From positions 8,556,001 through 8,620,000 of the forward strand of contig OZ176055.1 of the NCBI GenBank assembly GCA_964247055.1: DNA of 64,000 bases, written 5' to 3'. Under the pieces are notes generated by a model, which searched no databases, had not been told where the DNA came from, and was given only the letters and a program-made list of their open reading frames with translations. The translations under genes were made by a program, and so were the position numbers. Positions 26,201-37,874 of this stretch are shown one piece after another (the first letter of the stretch is position 1; each line of letters opens with the position of its first letter). This stretch comes from Paragordius varius. Lineage: Eukaryota; Animalia; Nematomorpha.

Positions 26201-28499
26201 AAGAAAAAAGTTTTAGCCCCTAGTCAACAGGCGTGGCAATGCCTGTATGATGCCATGCTTTCATCATATGAAGTATATATAGTTAAATATCCTAAATAAG
26301 TTTTTTAATAACATTCAAAAATTTCTGACCTGGTAAAAAACTAAAATGTTCCTAAAAGCCTCTAATAAACACAAAATAATTGGGGAAACCAGAAAGGAAC
26401 GTGTTGATTATTAAATATTGTATATTTTTTATATATATGTTCGTTTTAGATATTAACTAATTTAAATATATTTCTGTATATTTACTTTGTGGCAAATAAG
26501 GGAATAGATTTTAATTCCGACAATATACCAATCGAAGATGACGAGCTTAGAGAATGGGTTCAAACCCGATGTAAAGAAACACTCAAGCATGGTACACGCT
26601 ACATAAATCGAATTCGAGAATTGTTGGATTTGGCTAATTTACCCGAAGAAGAACGAAATCCGCCCATTGTTCCACGGGTGTTTACACAGCGCATTAGCAT
26701 TATGCGAAAAGTTTAAATTTTATTTTTACAAAAAATGGTGTGTTTAAGATCTTGTTTTTTTTCAAACTCTGAATGAGCCACGTGAATAATTCATTAAACA
26801 GACTCAATTTTTTTAATGTCATTGGACCTTCATTATTTCCATATATAATCCTACTTTTCATATCCTAAAGGTTTATTAAGTTTTTTTACGTTGAAAAATG
26901 GAGGTTTCTAAAATTTTTTCCACCTAAACTTTTGTGCCAAAAGAGAGCAAATTAGGCTATTTGAGCCGGTTCATTTACTAAAGAGCCTGGCTCAAGCTCA
27001 TCCACTAATTTGTACAATATCTTCTAATACATAATGTTACCTCATATTATTGACAAATGATTAGTCCTCTATAACTTACAACTAGTTAATGTTAAAAAAC
27101 CGTTACCAATGTCCTAAGACGAAACAGCTCTCTTATTTCATGATATTTTTAGCGTTATAAAACTATATACCTATTTTTGACTATGGAATTTTATTGTTTT
27201 TAGCTTAAAAAATAACATATATAATATATATATGTGTCATTTTTAGTTTCTTTATATACCCTTTGTAAAACCAAAACTTTCTTACATATGTATTGGTAAC
27301 AATACTCTAACTGTAAATTTATGTTTTTTCAGGTACCATATTATAATGACGAGAAACCAAACAATATATTATCACTCAAAGACTTTAGCTTTCCACCCAA
27401 TCCTGAAATCGTTCGGTTTACGAAATGCACGCGATGCAAATATGAATATGGTCCAATCAAATTGGATGAAAATAAATGTTACGATGGAAAGTTGTTGGAT
27501 CAAATTGGGAAATCTTTGATATATTTACTCAACAACTATTCCCATTCAAAAGATACATATGCCAGTTACGTACTGCAGAATCGAGCAAGATTGGAGAAGG
27601 TAAATCAAATTACGTTAAAAATTAAAATTCTACGGACAAAACATAACAATATAAAGACAAAAATGTTTTTCATCTAAAGACCGTTGTACTTTTTTAAATT
27701 TGATTAATTAAATTATAACTCAATTTTTGAATTGCAAAGTATGAAATAGAAATGTATTTTGTCACAATCAATATTGTTTTTCCAATTATTATTAATAATT
27801 TTTATGGGAAAAATTAAGGTTTACAAAAGTATGGTTGTTGTTATAAAATTATTTGTCTTTATATTTTAACGTTTTGTCTGTATAATTTAAATTACTAAAA
27901 TTTGGTATTATAATAAAAATATTTTTTTTAATAGCATACAAAAAATTTGTTTCATTATTGTATGTTTTTTTTATATATAAGAAAAATTTGCCATCCAACA
28001 CAACTATGAACACATATCCAGGTACAAAAACAACGAGTGCCAAAAGCTCAAAATCAAACACCAAATTATGTCAATCCTGTTTATCGAAAAAATCTTCAAA
28101 GTCAAATGTTACATTTGGAGGTTTTTCAACTACTCACTATATAATTTTTGCATTTTTACTCCGGGTTTAAATTAAATTTAGTATTATCAAGGTAATGCCG
28201 AAAATAATTATAATTTTAAAAATAAATAAAACTATAATATAAATTTTGATTAAATGGGATCGATTAGAAGGAAAGTATTTGTAAAACAAAAATCTCTCTT
28301 GAAGAGGTAGGAAAATGTACAATTAATTTACTTATAAAAGAATATGACCATGTATATATTTAGATGATTTTACATCTTAGGTAATCCAAGTAATACATCC
28401 TACGGAACAAATAATTCAAATGAATGGGGTAACCTATTAAACAATGTCACAAACCGGAGAAAATATATTCAAAGTTCATCGAATAGTGGCATTTATTAA
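12581..28499 (+). CDS. MYO1C: Unconventional myosin class I (Myo1C/Myo61F-like motor and neck) with atypical tail
   Basis: About 27 phase-compatible exons starting 12581-12685, 13024-13139, 13770-13968, 16839-16919, 17240-17416 and continuing to 27333-27599, 27982-28120 and a last exon ending at 28380 or 28499. Motifs: GESGAGKTE (P-loop), NDNSSRFGK (switch 1), DIYGFE (switch 2), [19 protein letters not shown]-like repeats, and the Myo1C-like tail start [19 protein letters not shown]. Subclass and last exon are less certain. Confidence 0.9.
14032..14318. mobile_element. MITE family B (TA TSD, roughly 80-bp TIR; Tc1/mariner-pogo-like termini)
   Basis: TIR CAGTGAAAATTGAAAACATACGGACAAAATGTAAAATAAAGGC..AAAAGACAACCATACTTTTT. 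Related copies near 11710, 12715, 21245-21430, 22915-23178, 27630-27895, 39960-40210 and 55905-56102. Confidence 0.75.
16580..16749. mobile_element. MITE family C (TA|CAGTAGCGTATGGCATAAA TIR)
   Basis: Inverted ends flanked by TA; second copy at 59864-60043. Confidence 0.75.
22275..22500. mobile_element. Fold-back MITE (TA|CAGTCATGTA TIR)
   Basis: Almost the whole 226 bp is an imperfect palindrome (CAGTCATGTATCCTTTATTTTATCAAAAA..TTTTTGATAAAATAAAGGATACATGAATG); TA flanks. Confidence 0.75.
23430..25198 (-). mobile_element. Second hAT (Blackjack-like) copy, internally deleted, in a myosin intron
   Basis: Same 13-bp TIR; 8-bp TSD GTTATGAC at 23422-23429 and 25199-25206; 5' 100 bp nearly identical to 2791-2900; transposase 5' region missing, remainder degenerate. 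Confidence 0.93.
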
Positions 28500-28627
28500 T
28501 AAATAGAATCATTGTTACAAAAAATTTATTAATGTTTTTACATATGTAAAATAAATTATACCATATAATTAATTGTTCGAGAATGTGCTATTCTTAAACC
28601 TAAAATATATTATACGATTAATTACAC

Positions 28628-29143
28628 ATGGCTTTATCATCTCAACCATATTTGAAAGCGGTTGAATCAACCCTATTTGCAGCTCTGTGTTTAACAAATT
28701 TTCCATCGGAATACATAGAAAAACATGATAAACCGGAGATCGAAACTCTATTCAGTCCTGAAATCATTATGCCGGCCCCTATTATCATAGCAAAAAGTGA
28801 AAAAGAACGTGTTAAATTTGAATTATCAATCAATTCGGTACGATTGAGCATACTGGTAAAACAAGCGGATGAAATTGAAAAAATATTGTGCCGAAAATTT
28901 ATGAGACATATGATGATTCGGGCAATAACCGATTTCCCCGTGCTAAGAAAAAGGGTTAGTTCACCCGAATACAGCATAACATTCTTGTTTACACATAAGC
29001 ATATGACAAGTTTCAATAAACAGCGTTTAATTGATTTTGTCATTGCGTTTATGCGGGATGTGGATAGAGAAATTAGTGATATGAAAATTGGATTGAATGC
29101 TCGAGCAAGATTATGTGCTGAAGAATTTCTCAAACTTTTTTAA
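28628..29143 (+). CDS. ARPC4: Actin-related protein 2/3 complex subunit 4 (p20-ARC), intronless and divergent
   Basis: 171-aa ORF colinear with ARPC4: PYLKAVESTL.AALCL.NF, SINSVRLSI.VKQADEIEKILC.KFMR, NARARLCAEEFLKLF. Confidence 0.93.
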   Translation: MALSSQPYLKAVESTLFAALCLTNFPSEYIEKHDKPEIETLFSPEIIMPAPIIIAKSEKERVKFELSINSVRLSILVKQADEIEKILCRKFMRHMMIRAITDFPVLRKRVSSPEYSITFLFTHKHMTSFNKQRLIDFVIAFMRDVDREISDMKIGLNARARLCAEEFLKLF

Positions 29144-29338
29144 AATTATAACTAACTAGCAAACCCATATATCTAATATATTTATTTCCAATACAATAAA
29201 TATTTTATACGGCAATGAAGCGTGAATATTTATAATATGAATACAATTTAAATAATTAAATAGCTTATGGGCATCAATTTAATAATATATATCTAGCTAA
29301 AAATATTATAGTATCAAAGTTAATGAGAAGAAAATATG

Positions 29339-32300
29339 TTAAAGTGTGGTCGTCGTAACTTTGTTAACACCATGAACCAAGCACAATGGTGGTAGTCCCC
29401 TAGTTAATAATTCTAACTTTTCATGCCAAAGCTGAGCATTTGTGATATTTTGGGATTGGCTACTAACTAAAATAGGCGGACGCGGTAGCAACATAAAACA
29501 AATTGCGGTTGGTAATTCTTTGGAAAGTGAGTAATTAGTTGGTAAAGTATTTTGATCATCAATAGTGGAGGATGCAGAATGAAGGGTAAAATTATTCCCA
29601 TTACCCCCAGTTATGATAGAGGGTTTAGGCAGCACAATATGTTTAAGGATTAATCTATTTACGTAAATTAGATATTCATTATCGGGCAAGGATTTGTATG
29701 AAGTATTCATTTTTGGTTCTACGTTCGTTGATTGTGCTTGGTGTTGAGACGATTTGAAAGTGTTGGTGTGAATGAAATCAGACTCAAAGTTTAGTTTTGA
29801 TTTGGTGACGGATAAATCACCTGGGCCATATTGATTGTTAATGCGCATACCGGAGAAGAGACGACTTGGTGACCAATTAATTACGTGTATTTTGGCAGGA
29901 ATCCTGAGTTGATTCAAAAGGTTCCTTAACGATTGTACAATTTTATGATTGTGCGGGTACGAGGTATGTTTATTGTAACTCGTTTTAACGCCATAAAAAG
30001 CTACAGAAGGGCTTGTAGTAGCAGAATGATTTGTATCAACCGTGTTTAGCATTGTTCTCGATGTCGTTTCACTGCCACTTAGCGAAGGAGTTGCCTGTAA
30101 ATCATCATCTTCCAAGCATAACATAATTCGCAATAAACTGCGTTTGCGCCAACCCCGTTTCATGTTAAGTATACAAGCTAGCTGGAGCATAAAAAGCGTG
30201 GCCGTACATTCCGTATCAACTTCGGGTTGCGCAAACGGATAAAAAAAGTTTTGGGGCCAAACATCAATGTAACACTTTACACCCGTTGCTCTCCTACGAT
30301 TAACCACTGAAGATGGGTATTCAGGATTAAATACGTGGGATAATTGCTTGACCATCGGGTAAAAGGCACGATAAAGTGCATTTGGTGGTTTGGTATATTC
30401 GTGAAACGTTGTATCGATGGAATCGTTAAAATCATTAAAACTATTATTATGACTGATTCCTTCATCATTATTGGAAGCAACATTAGGTTGTTGCCAATCC
30501 AAATCGTCCTCTTTACCCATAGAGGCAAATTTATATTTCGAATCAAATTTACGTTTAAACAGTTTCCGTTTATTCAAGGCGTTATGGAAATTGCGTGTAA
30601 TAACAACATTTTTATGCATGATCAAACATTCACGCACAATATTAACATAATTGGCTAATTCAAATGAATGCTTATCCGAAGGGTTTTCAGTATTTTCTTT
30701 GGGTGCAGAAAATTCATTTTCCAAAAACAATGATTCCGTGTTTTTAACCAATGGATACATACGTGCTAGTTCAGTGTACATGGTTGATCTACCTCTAATT
30801 TTTTCATTTTTAGCACTATTTTTTCCATCCCAAAATCCTAAAACAACCGTATTTGGTTTCATAGCGCCTAAACCCGCAAGCCGTATAAGTTGAACGGCTC
30901 CAGCATACAGAGATTCAGATTCAGTTATTTCAATAAAAGCTTTAACTCTCATGGCATCTATCAAATTCATCCAAAAGGGAATCATAGCATTCACCTTATC
31001 TACAGGCTTTCCATCTAAGGAGAGAAAAAGATTGAATGACAAAAATTTATATTACCTAAATAAATTTTTTAAAAAAACGTCAGGACTATATTTTTTTTTA
31101 AAATAAGGCACAAAGTCAAAAGACACCTATCCATATTTAACAAGCGCGCTTATCAGGCCTTTCGTAAATTGGCCAAAAAATCAAAAAAAGTTAGTTAATT
31201 TTATAAATAAATTACAGTCTCTTATATATATTTTATAAATTGAATTTCTCTCAACATAAATCTTTTTAGCTTTATTTATGTTCAACGCATTATTTTGTAA
31301 AATCGATCTAAATGCAAAAATTACCATTGACTGCTAAATGCCGTGAGCTTTGTTTAATAATGTGTCCGATGACAAATAAACCACTTTTCTTTAAATCGTT
31401 GGCGAAATCAATTAGCTCACAATTTTCCCTTGGGTCTGAGATAAGCAGTAAGATTTGAGGCCTCCAGTATTTAACATGTTGTTTACGTGGATCCAATAGC
31501 AATAAGTATTTGCGTACCTTAACAAGACAAATACCAAATGCATAATTTTGAAAGTTATTGAGTTATTTTAGTTTTAAGCACAATAAGGAACAAATATTCC
31601 TTTTCCTTTATTAATTTTAAAATTTGTCATAACATATAAGATTATATCCTAAAAATAATTGTTATAATTTCGCTTCTATCCATACCTTTTTTTCAATATT
31701 TACAGCGAAATTGGGCTTCAAAAAAACAACAACTCAATTTTTATTATATTATAAATCATAATTAAATAATCCTAAATCCGATAAAACCATAATAATTTTG
31801 TTTAAGATTCAGGTTTAATATGATTTTAAATTTAAATTGTATTGAAAATATTGAATATGGAGTATCAGCTGACCTTTTTTGTAAGATGCTCTTTGCCTCT
31901 TTAATTTTACTTAAATAGCGCTTTTTAAACCACTCTTATTTTTCACAATATCAGGCTTAAGACTGTCCATTTTGTAATATTAAATAACTTTATATATCCA
32001 TTTCTTTTCATCCATTTTGGATTTTTCTCCTTTCTTTACCAAACTCAAATCTTTTTCAAAAAGAGGTTTAAAAAAATGCATATTTGGTGTACCTTTTTTG
32101 TCAAACTAAAAAAGAAAAAAAATTCTTTAATAACCAATTTTTAACCTGATGAAACATAAGGGCTTGACTTAAACTACCCCACGAAGAAGCCGGCGTTTTC
32201 CAATGCAACAGGGAAACTAAAGCCCCACAAATCACTAAACCAAGGGTGGAAAAGGTTGGTGTTACAGCAAACATACCAATCAGGCAGGAAAGAGCTCCCA

Positions 32301-35300
32301 ACAGCGCTGTATGCCAACTAAAAACCTAAGGAAATAAAATGAAATAAATCAGTAAGCTCTTCCCCTAGAAAAAATAAAATATTTTTTTGCGTAAAATTCA
32401 TTTTATTTCATATATATTTTAAGATTTTTATTTTAACATTATTTAAAAAAAATAATATAATGTTGAGTTTATAGTTTCTTCTTTATAATGGTTCTGTTCA
32501 TAAATAAGTAGTTTTGTGAGAATGCCCACGGAATTTTCAGCGGAATTTTTTGAGAAATAAAAAAAGATATTCAATTCCAATATATTGTAATTAATTAAAA
32601 TTGGTTTAACCATCAATTAGTTAATTAGTTTGTGGTAGTACATGCAATTTCTAGCGCAACATTTTTTAAAATCCACATTTATTTATTAAGTTAATAGTTT
32701 AGAAACTTATTGCGGGAAAGAAACAAGCATCTTTTACCTGTTGTCTCTTAAAAACTGATTTAAACTTAATTTATGAATAGTTATATATTCGCATAAGTTA
32801 GTTTTAGAAAACACCCATAATATACCATTTACAATTCAAATTCACCCTAAAAATAAATTATGTGTTTTCGGGCACTAATATAACTCATTACTAATATGAA
32901 ATATCTCTTTATGGCTTAGTTTATTACTAATATGAAATATATTTAATTACAAACGAAATTTCATTTTTTCAAATCATAAAAAATATGGGTAATATTCAAT
33001 CTTTAAAAAACACAAAATTTATTTAAGGTGGGTGAATTTGAATTGTTCAAGAGTGAATTTGATTGTTTAAGAGTGAATTTGAATTTTTCAAGGGTAAATT
33101 TGATTGTTTAAAGGTGAATTTGATTGTTTAAGGGTGAATTTGAAGTGTAAATATGCATAATTTACCGTAAAAGATGGTCTAAAATTTGGGGCGGATGCCA
33201 ACTCAAGCGCAAAACATGCCACATTAATAGCCAGGTAGGAGAGTAGGAAAAAAACTGTCACGATCCCAGCAATCTTATTGAGGCTACCACCGCCCCCCAG
33301 GATGGCACATTGGACCAGGAACCAAGTAACGAAAACGGATACAATCGGATTACCCGAGCGCGTAGTTCTCGTTACAAACGTTAGGGAATGCCCAAAAATT
33401 TTGTCTCGCCCTACGGCTTCCAATATACGTGATGCTCCTATATTTATTTATGACAATGTGATTTTTGTGAAAAATGTTTACAAGAGATTTGATAATATGT
33501 ATTATTGTTGCTTTTTGGTTCATTTTTTACCATAATAATCCTGATGAGCGAAAATATAGGAATAAAGTGTTTTAATTTCAATGTATTTACAAATACATAC
33601 AGAATGCCCAATGCTGGCTTATTCACATTATTGTTGGCCAATCGGTGATACAGTAGCATATGTTACACAACAAATTTGTCCAAAATTAAGAAAACAAAAA
33701 GGAAAAAATTGTTTATTATTCCAACATTTTTTGTGTTTACCCATACAGTATAAGATTCATGTTTTTTCAAACAAAATTTTTTAATTTTCAATATATATAT
33801 ATATATATATAAATTCTTAATAAAATCTATTAACCTCTAAATATTACAAAAATAATTAAATTTAATACTTTATTATTTTTGATCGGAAAAGTGCATGAGA
33901 ATAAGCAAAAACTTATTAATTTATAGGCGCTATTTATATAAATTTATAATAATATTTCCAAACCGTTAAAATTAATCATTCAATATAAATTTAAATAAAA
34001 CAAAAAAATCATACCTATCAAATTACTCAGACCCGCAGTAATAGTTGCCAACAAAATGCCAATCGTAATAAATGGGGCCCATACATTTATGTAGGCCAAG
34101 ACCATATTATTGTTTCGAAGCAGGTACCCCGTACAAGATGAACCAATTAACAGTGTTAAACTAATGTACGTAAAAAACGTAAAAGCCACAGCTAAAAGTG
34201 TTCCCCGAGGAATAGAAGTTTGAGGATTTTTAAGGTCTCCAGACATATTAGCTCCGGCCATTATACCTGTCGCACCCGAAAACACGACGGCAAAAACAAT
34301 CTAAAAAATGTTTAATAATAATCAAACATTCAAAGGTAAAATTTGGCTTAGCACGGGTAAATTTTATCAAAAACGTAAAAAAATTAAAATTTATAAAAAA
34401 ATAAAAATGGAATAAAACTAACATATCTAAAAATTGCTACGTAGCGAAGATGTTTAAAAAATCATTAATACATATTAGCTCCGGCCATTATACCAGTCGC
34501 ACCAGAAAACACGACGGCAAAGACAATCTAAAAAATGTTTAATAATAATCAAACATTCAAAGGTAAAATTTGGCTTAGCACGGGTAAATTTTATCAAAAA
34601 CGTAAAAAAATTAAAATTTATAAAAAAATAAAAATGGAATAAAACTAACATATCTAAAAATTGCTACGTAGCGAAGATGTTTAAAAAATCATTAATACAT
34701 ATTAGCTCCGGCCATTATACCAGTCGCACCCGAAAACACGACGGCAAAAACAATCTAAAAAATGTTTAATAGCAATAATCAAACATTGAAAAGGTAAAAT
34801 TTCGCTTAGCACGGGTAAATTTTGTAAATAAAAAATTAAAACTGGAATATATATATCTGTGATATTATATGTGTAAAAAATGTAGCGAACAAGAAATTTT
34901 AAAAAAGTCATCAATTTATTAGCCCCGGCCATTATATCTGTCGCACCCGAAAATACGACGGCAAAGACAATCTAAAAAATGTTTAATAGCAATCAAACAT
35001 TCCAAAACGTAACTTTTTTCATTTAGTACGGGTAAAATTTATCAAAAACGTTAAACTTTGTAAAAAAAATTAAAAAATATAAAATTAAAACAGTTATAAA
35101 ACCAATATATCTGCGATGTTATATGTGTAAAAAAATGTAGCGAACAAGAAATTTTTAAAAAAGTCATCTATATATTGGCATGTGTCATTATATTAATCGC
35201 ACCCGAAAAAACGAAGGCAAACTATTCAAGAACAACAAGAGTAATAAAATTTTTCAAATTATAAGCCATGTTTTTTTAAACTCAGTGATATATTAAAACT

Positions 35301-37821
35301 TTGAATTTTGTTCGTTGAATAGCGAAATATTTATATGGATTTGGATTGGGCACCAAAATTTCTATTAGACAATTCTAATCATATAGGTTATAAGAACAAA
35401 AATCAAGGTTTAAGAAAAATGTTTTCTTACTAACAAATATACGTCTTTTATTTTGTATATGATGTGTCTTTATAATTTTAGTATATTCCAATCATAAGGA
35501 TATAAATGTATTACCAAAACTTAGTAAAAATATGTTTTAGAAATTGAAATATAAATGGAAATTAGGAATTTCGTACTGTGCTTACACATAGATTAAGTGG
35601 AAAAATAATAATATATACTTTTAGTTTCATGAACTGTAAGAGTAATAATGAGAATAAAATTGAATCCAAAGAAGTATACAATAATTTTTAACATGGAAAT
35701 TTAAAATGATAAAAAGATTTTTATAAAATTATAAAATATTACAAAAACTAATCAAATTATTCAAAATATAATGACGTGATGGTATAGTAGATAGGGCGCC
35801 GGACTCTTATACTGAATGCCAGAGTTAGAACCCCGAAACTACGCAATTTTTGCATTATCACTGTCAGCCCTGGGCAGGAGAGTGTTAAAAGGCTTCATAT
35901 GTCCGGATACAATTTAAGTCCTTACGCTTATATAATAAAAAATGAAAAGAGACTTTAAACTGTATAATATTATTAGAAATCATTTTTGCAGAGCCCAACA
36001 TGATAAAGGGTAATGGCTCAAAATATAAATCCCTTTTTAAAACTCATTAATCATATTCTTTTAACAAATTTCAAATGTCAAAAAAAAATAAATTTAAGGG
36101 GAAACCATGAACGATGACATAAATCCTGTCGTATAATCCAGTCCGTATTGAGGTTTAAGATTTGAGAAAAGGGTGGAAACTTTGACCCCTGTATAATTTC
36201 CACATGTCGGATAATGAATGGGTTGAGGGGTAGGTATGGTGGGCGGTATTATTGTAGTCACAGGACTTATTGTGGTCGTTATATTATCATTATTGGATAT
36301 ATTTGAAAGTAAACTATATATGTATAAAAGAAAAATTAAAATTATAAGGACAAACAAAGCATAAAACATGTAAAAAACTGATATTTTCCGTATCTTATGA
36401 TCCTTGACTTTCTATATTAACTGTATGATTGCAATTATTAAATATAGAACTAGTTTATTGTGTATTTCACATCCAAAAACGATATTTTATCGCATAATAA
36501 TATTGGAAAAAATAAGGTATTTATATAAAATAAAATAATTTTAATTTTTAAAAAAGAAAAAAAAACTTATTAATAGTTAAAGCTGAAAAAATAAAATTAT
36601 AATATTCAGAAATTTAAATCCTCACAAACCAAAATATAATTTTCAATATAAAATTGACAAAAACATCTTTAGACCAAAATCTTACATAATTACAAAAACA
36701 TATTGAAACATAAAATTAACCTAGAAAACATTGTCACATTCAAAGGTCCAAAACTTGTCGTCGTCGTCGGGGTTATGTTTGTCACAGTAACACCACTAGA
36801 CGGAATAGTAATAACGGGTAAAACTGTAGACGAAGGGGTAGGTCCTAATGCAGGAGGAGGAGGAGGAGGGAAAACTATCAAATTATTTTTGGGGATTTCA
36901 ATGCACCGCGGTTCCGTTTTAACTATCAAGCTGAGTGGAATAGACAAGGCACAAATGACAATGGCAGCTAAAACCGTAAGTGAAGCTCGGGCAAAAGCAG
37001 ACGAACCAATCAGACAAACTCCCAAGTTTACTAAGCAGACGATTGAAGCGTAAAGAAGGGCCCACCACTTACTATCCGGGATATTGTTGACGTGATAAAA
37101 GAAGTGGGCATACGTGCCCCCCGGCCCAAAACTTTCAATGAGAGCTTCGGCACAACCCACGCAATACAGGGCACTGCTAAAAACGTTTGCAAAATAAAAA
37201 ACGACCCCAATGGCACCCCCAAATTCGGGCCCCAGTGTTCGACTAATCATAAAGTATGCGCCACCTCCTTCAACGGCTCCGTTCGTGGTTATGGCTGCTA
37301 CGGATAAGACCTAAAAGAGCAAAATATTTTTGGGTTTTATTAAGGAAGTGTTTACTAAAATTATAATTATCAACTAAAAATTTATTCAAAAATAAACGTT
37401 ATACATGGGTAGTTTTTAAATTAAATAGTAAATAAATTTATAAATGTTTATAAAGTTAAATAAATTATCTCAAATAAATTCATAAATATACCGTTGTCAG
37501 CAGAATAAAATAAGTTATGATATATAGGATTATAGCATGAGCTATCCCGGCTTGACCAACAACAAAACCCAATCGTAAGAAAAGTAGAACGCTAAACATT
37601 GAAAGTGCAACCGGACTAAAAACGCCAGATAGGGTGGAAAGCATTTTCCTGTTATTTTGCGCGTTAGAGCCTGTATTTGCAGGAGCAAAATCGGTTTCAA
37701 TACTATTATTTATATGATTATCCATATTTGTCATGGAATGTTTTTCAGGAGACTCGTTTATATCAATGGTTCCAAACAATTTATGGGCAGTTTTGATTGA
37801 AACACTTTCGTTTTTTTGCAT
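29339..37821 (-). CDS. SLC12A9: Cation-chloride cotransporter family member SLC12A9 (CIP1)
   Basis: Eight phase-compatible exons: 37821-37492, 37310-36721, 36313-36106, 34300-34015, 33437-33166, 32325-32146, 31517-31325, 31014-29339. Motifs: [73 protein letters not shown]-terminal [13 protein letters not shown]. Confidence 0.95.
32825..33152. mobile_element. MITE family A copy (CCATTTACA TIR with subterminal 21-bp tandem repeats)
   Basis: Left arm CCATTTACAATTCAAATTCACCCTAAAAATAAATTATGTG; right arm has about 5 copies of GAATTGTTCAAGGGTGAATTT-like units. Confidence 0.7.
34245..35230 (-). repeat. Tandem array (about 220-250 bp period, 4-5 units) duplicating the SLC12A9 exon-4 acceptor and its first roughly 55 nt
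   Basis: TTTTTAG|ATTGT(T/C)TTTGCCGTCGT(G/A)TTTTC.GGTGCGAC repeats, with exon-copy starts at 34300 (true exon), about 34527, 34754 and 34971, plus a decayed unit near 35220. Confidence 0.9.
35773..35940 (+). mobile_element. Possible tRNA-derived SINE or decayed tRNA-like sequence
   Basis: A-box-like TGGTATAGTAG (about 35780) and B-box-like GAGTTAGAACC (about 35822) at tRNA spacing, followed by a GC-richer body and an A-rich tail; no intact cloverleaf. Confidence 0.4.
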
Positions 37822-37874
37822 TCATATGAAGCTGGGAATAATGTAAAAAGGTTAAAAAGATTGATCTAAAACCA
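37822..37874. promoter_or_regulatory. Putative bidirectional promoter region between SLC12A9 and OTUB1
   Basis: 53 bp between divergent ATGs; contains the TTCATATGAA palindrome (37821-37830). Confidence 0.5.

Noticed and set aside
28499-28628. Operon or trans-splicing link between myosin I and ARPC4
   Set aside because: The short spacing is suggestive, but there is no clear polypyrimidine-AG acceptor before the ARPC4 ATG and an AATAAA follows the myosin stop; not supportable without RNA data.
28642-29133. 163-aa minus-strand ORF overlapping ARPC4
   Set aside because: Antisense shadow of a coding exon; no recognisable motifs.
30042-30893. Several ORFs overlapping the large SLC12A9 last exon (also 33278-33535, 36703-37307)
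   Set aside because: Antisense or alternate-frame shadows of SLC12A9 exons.
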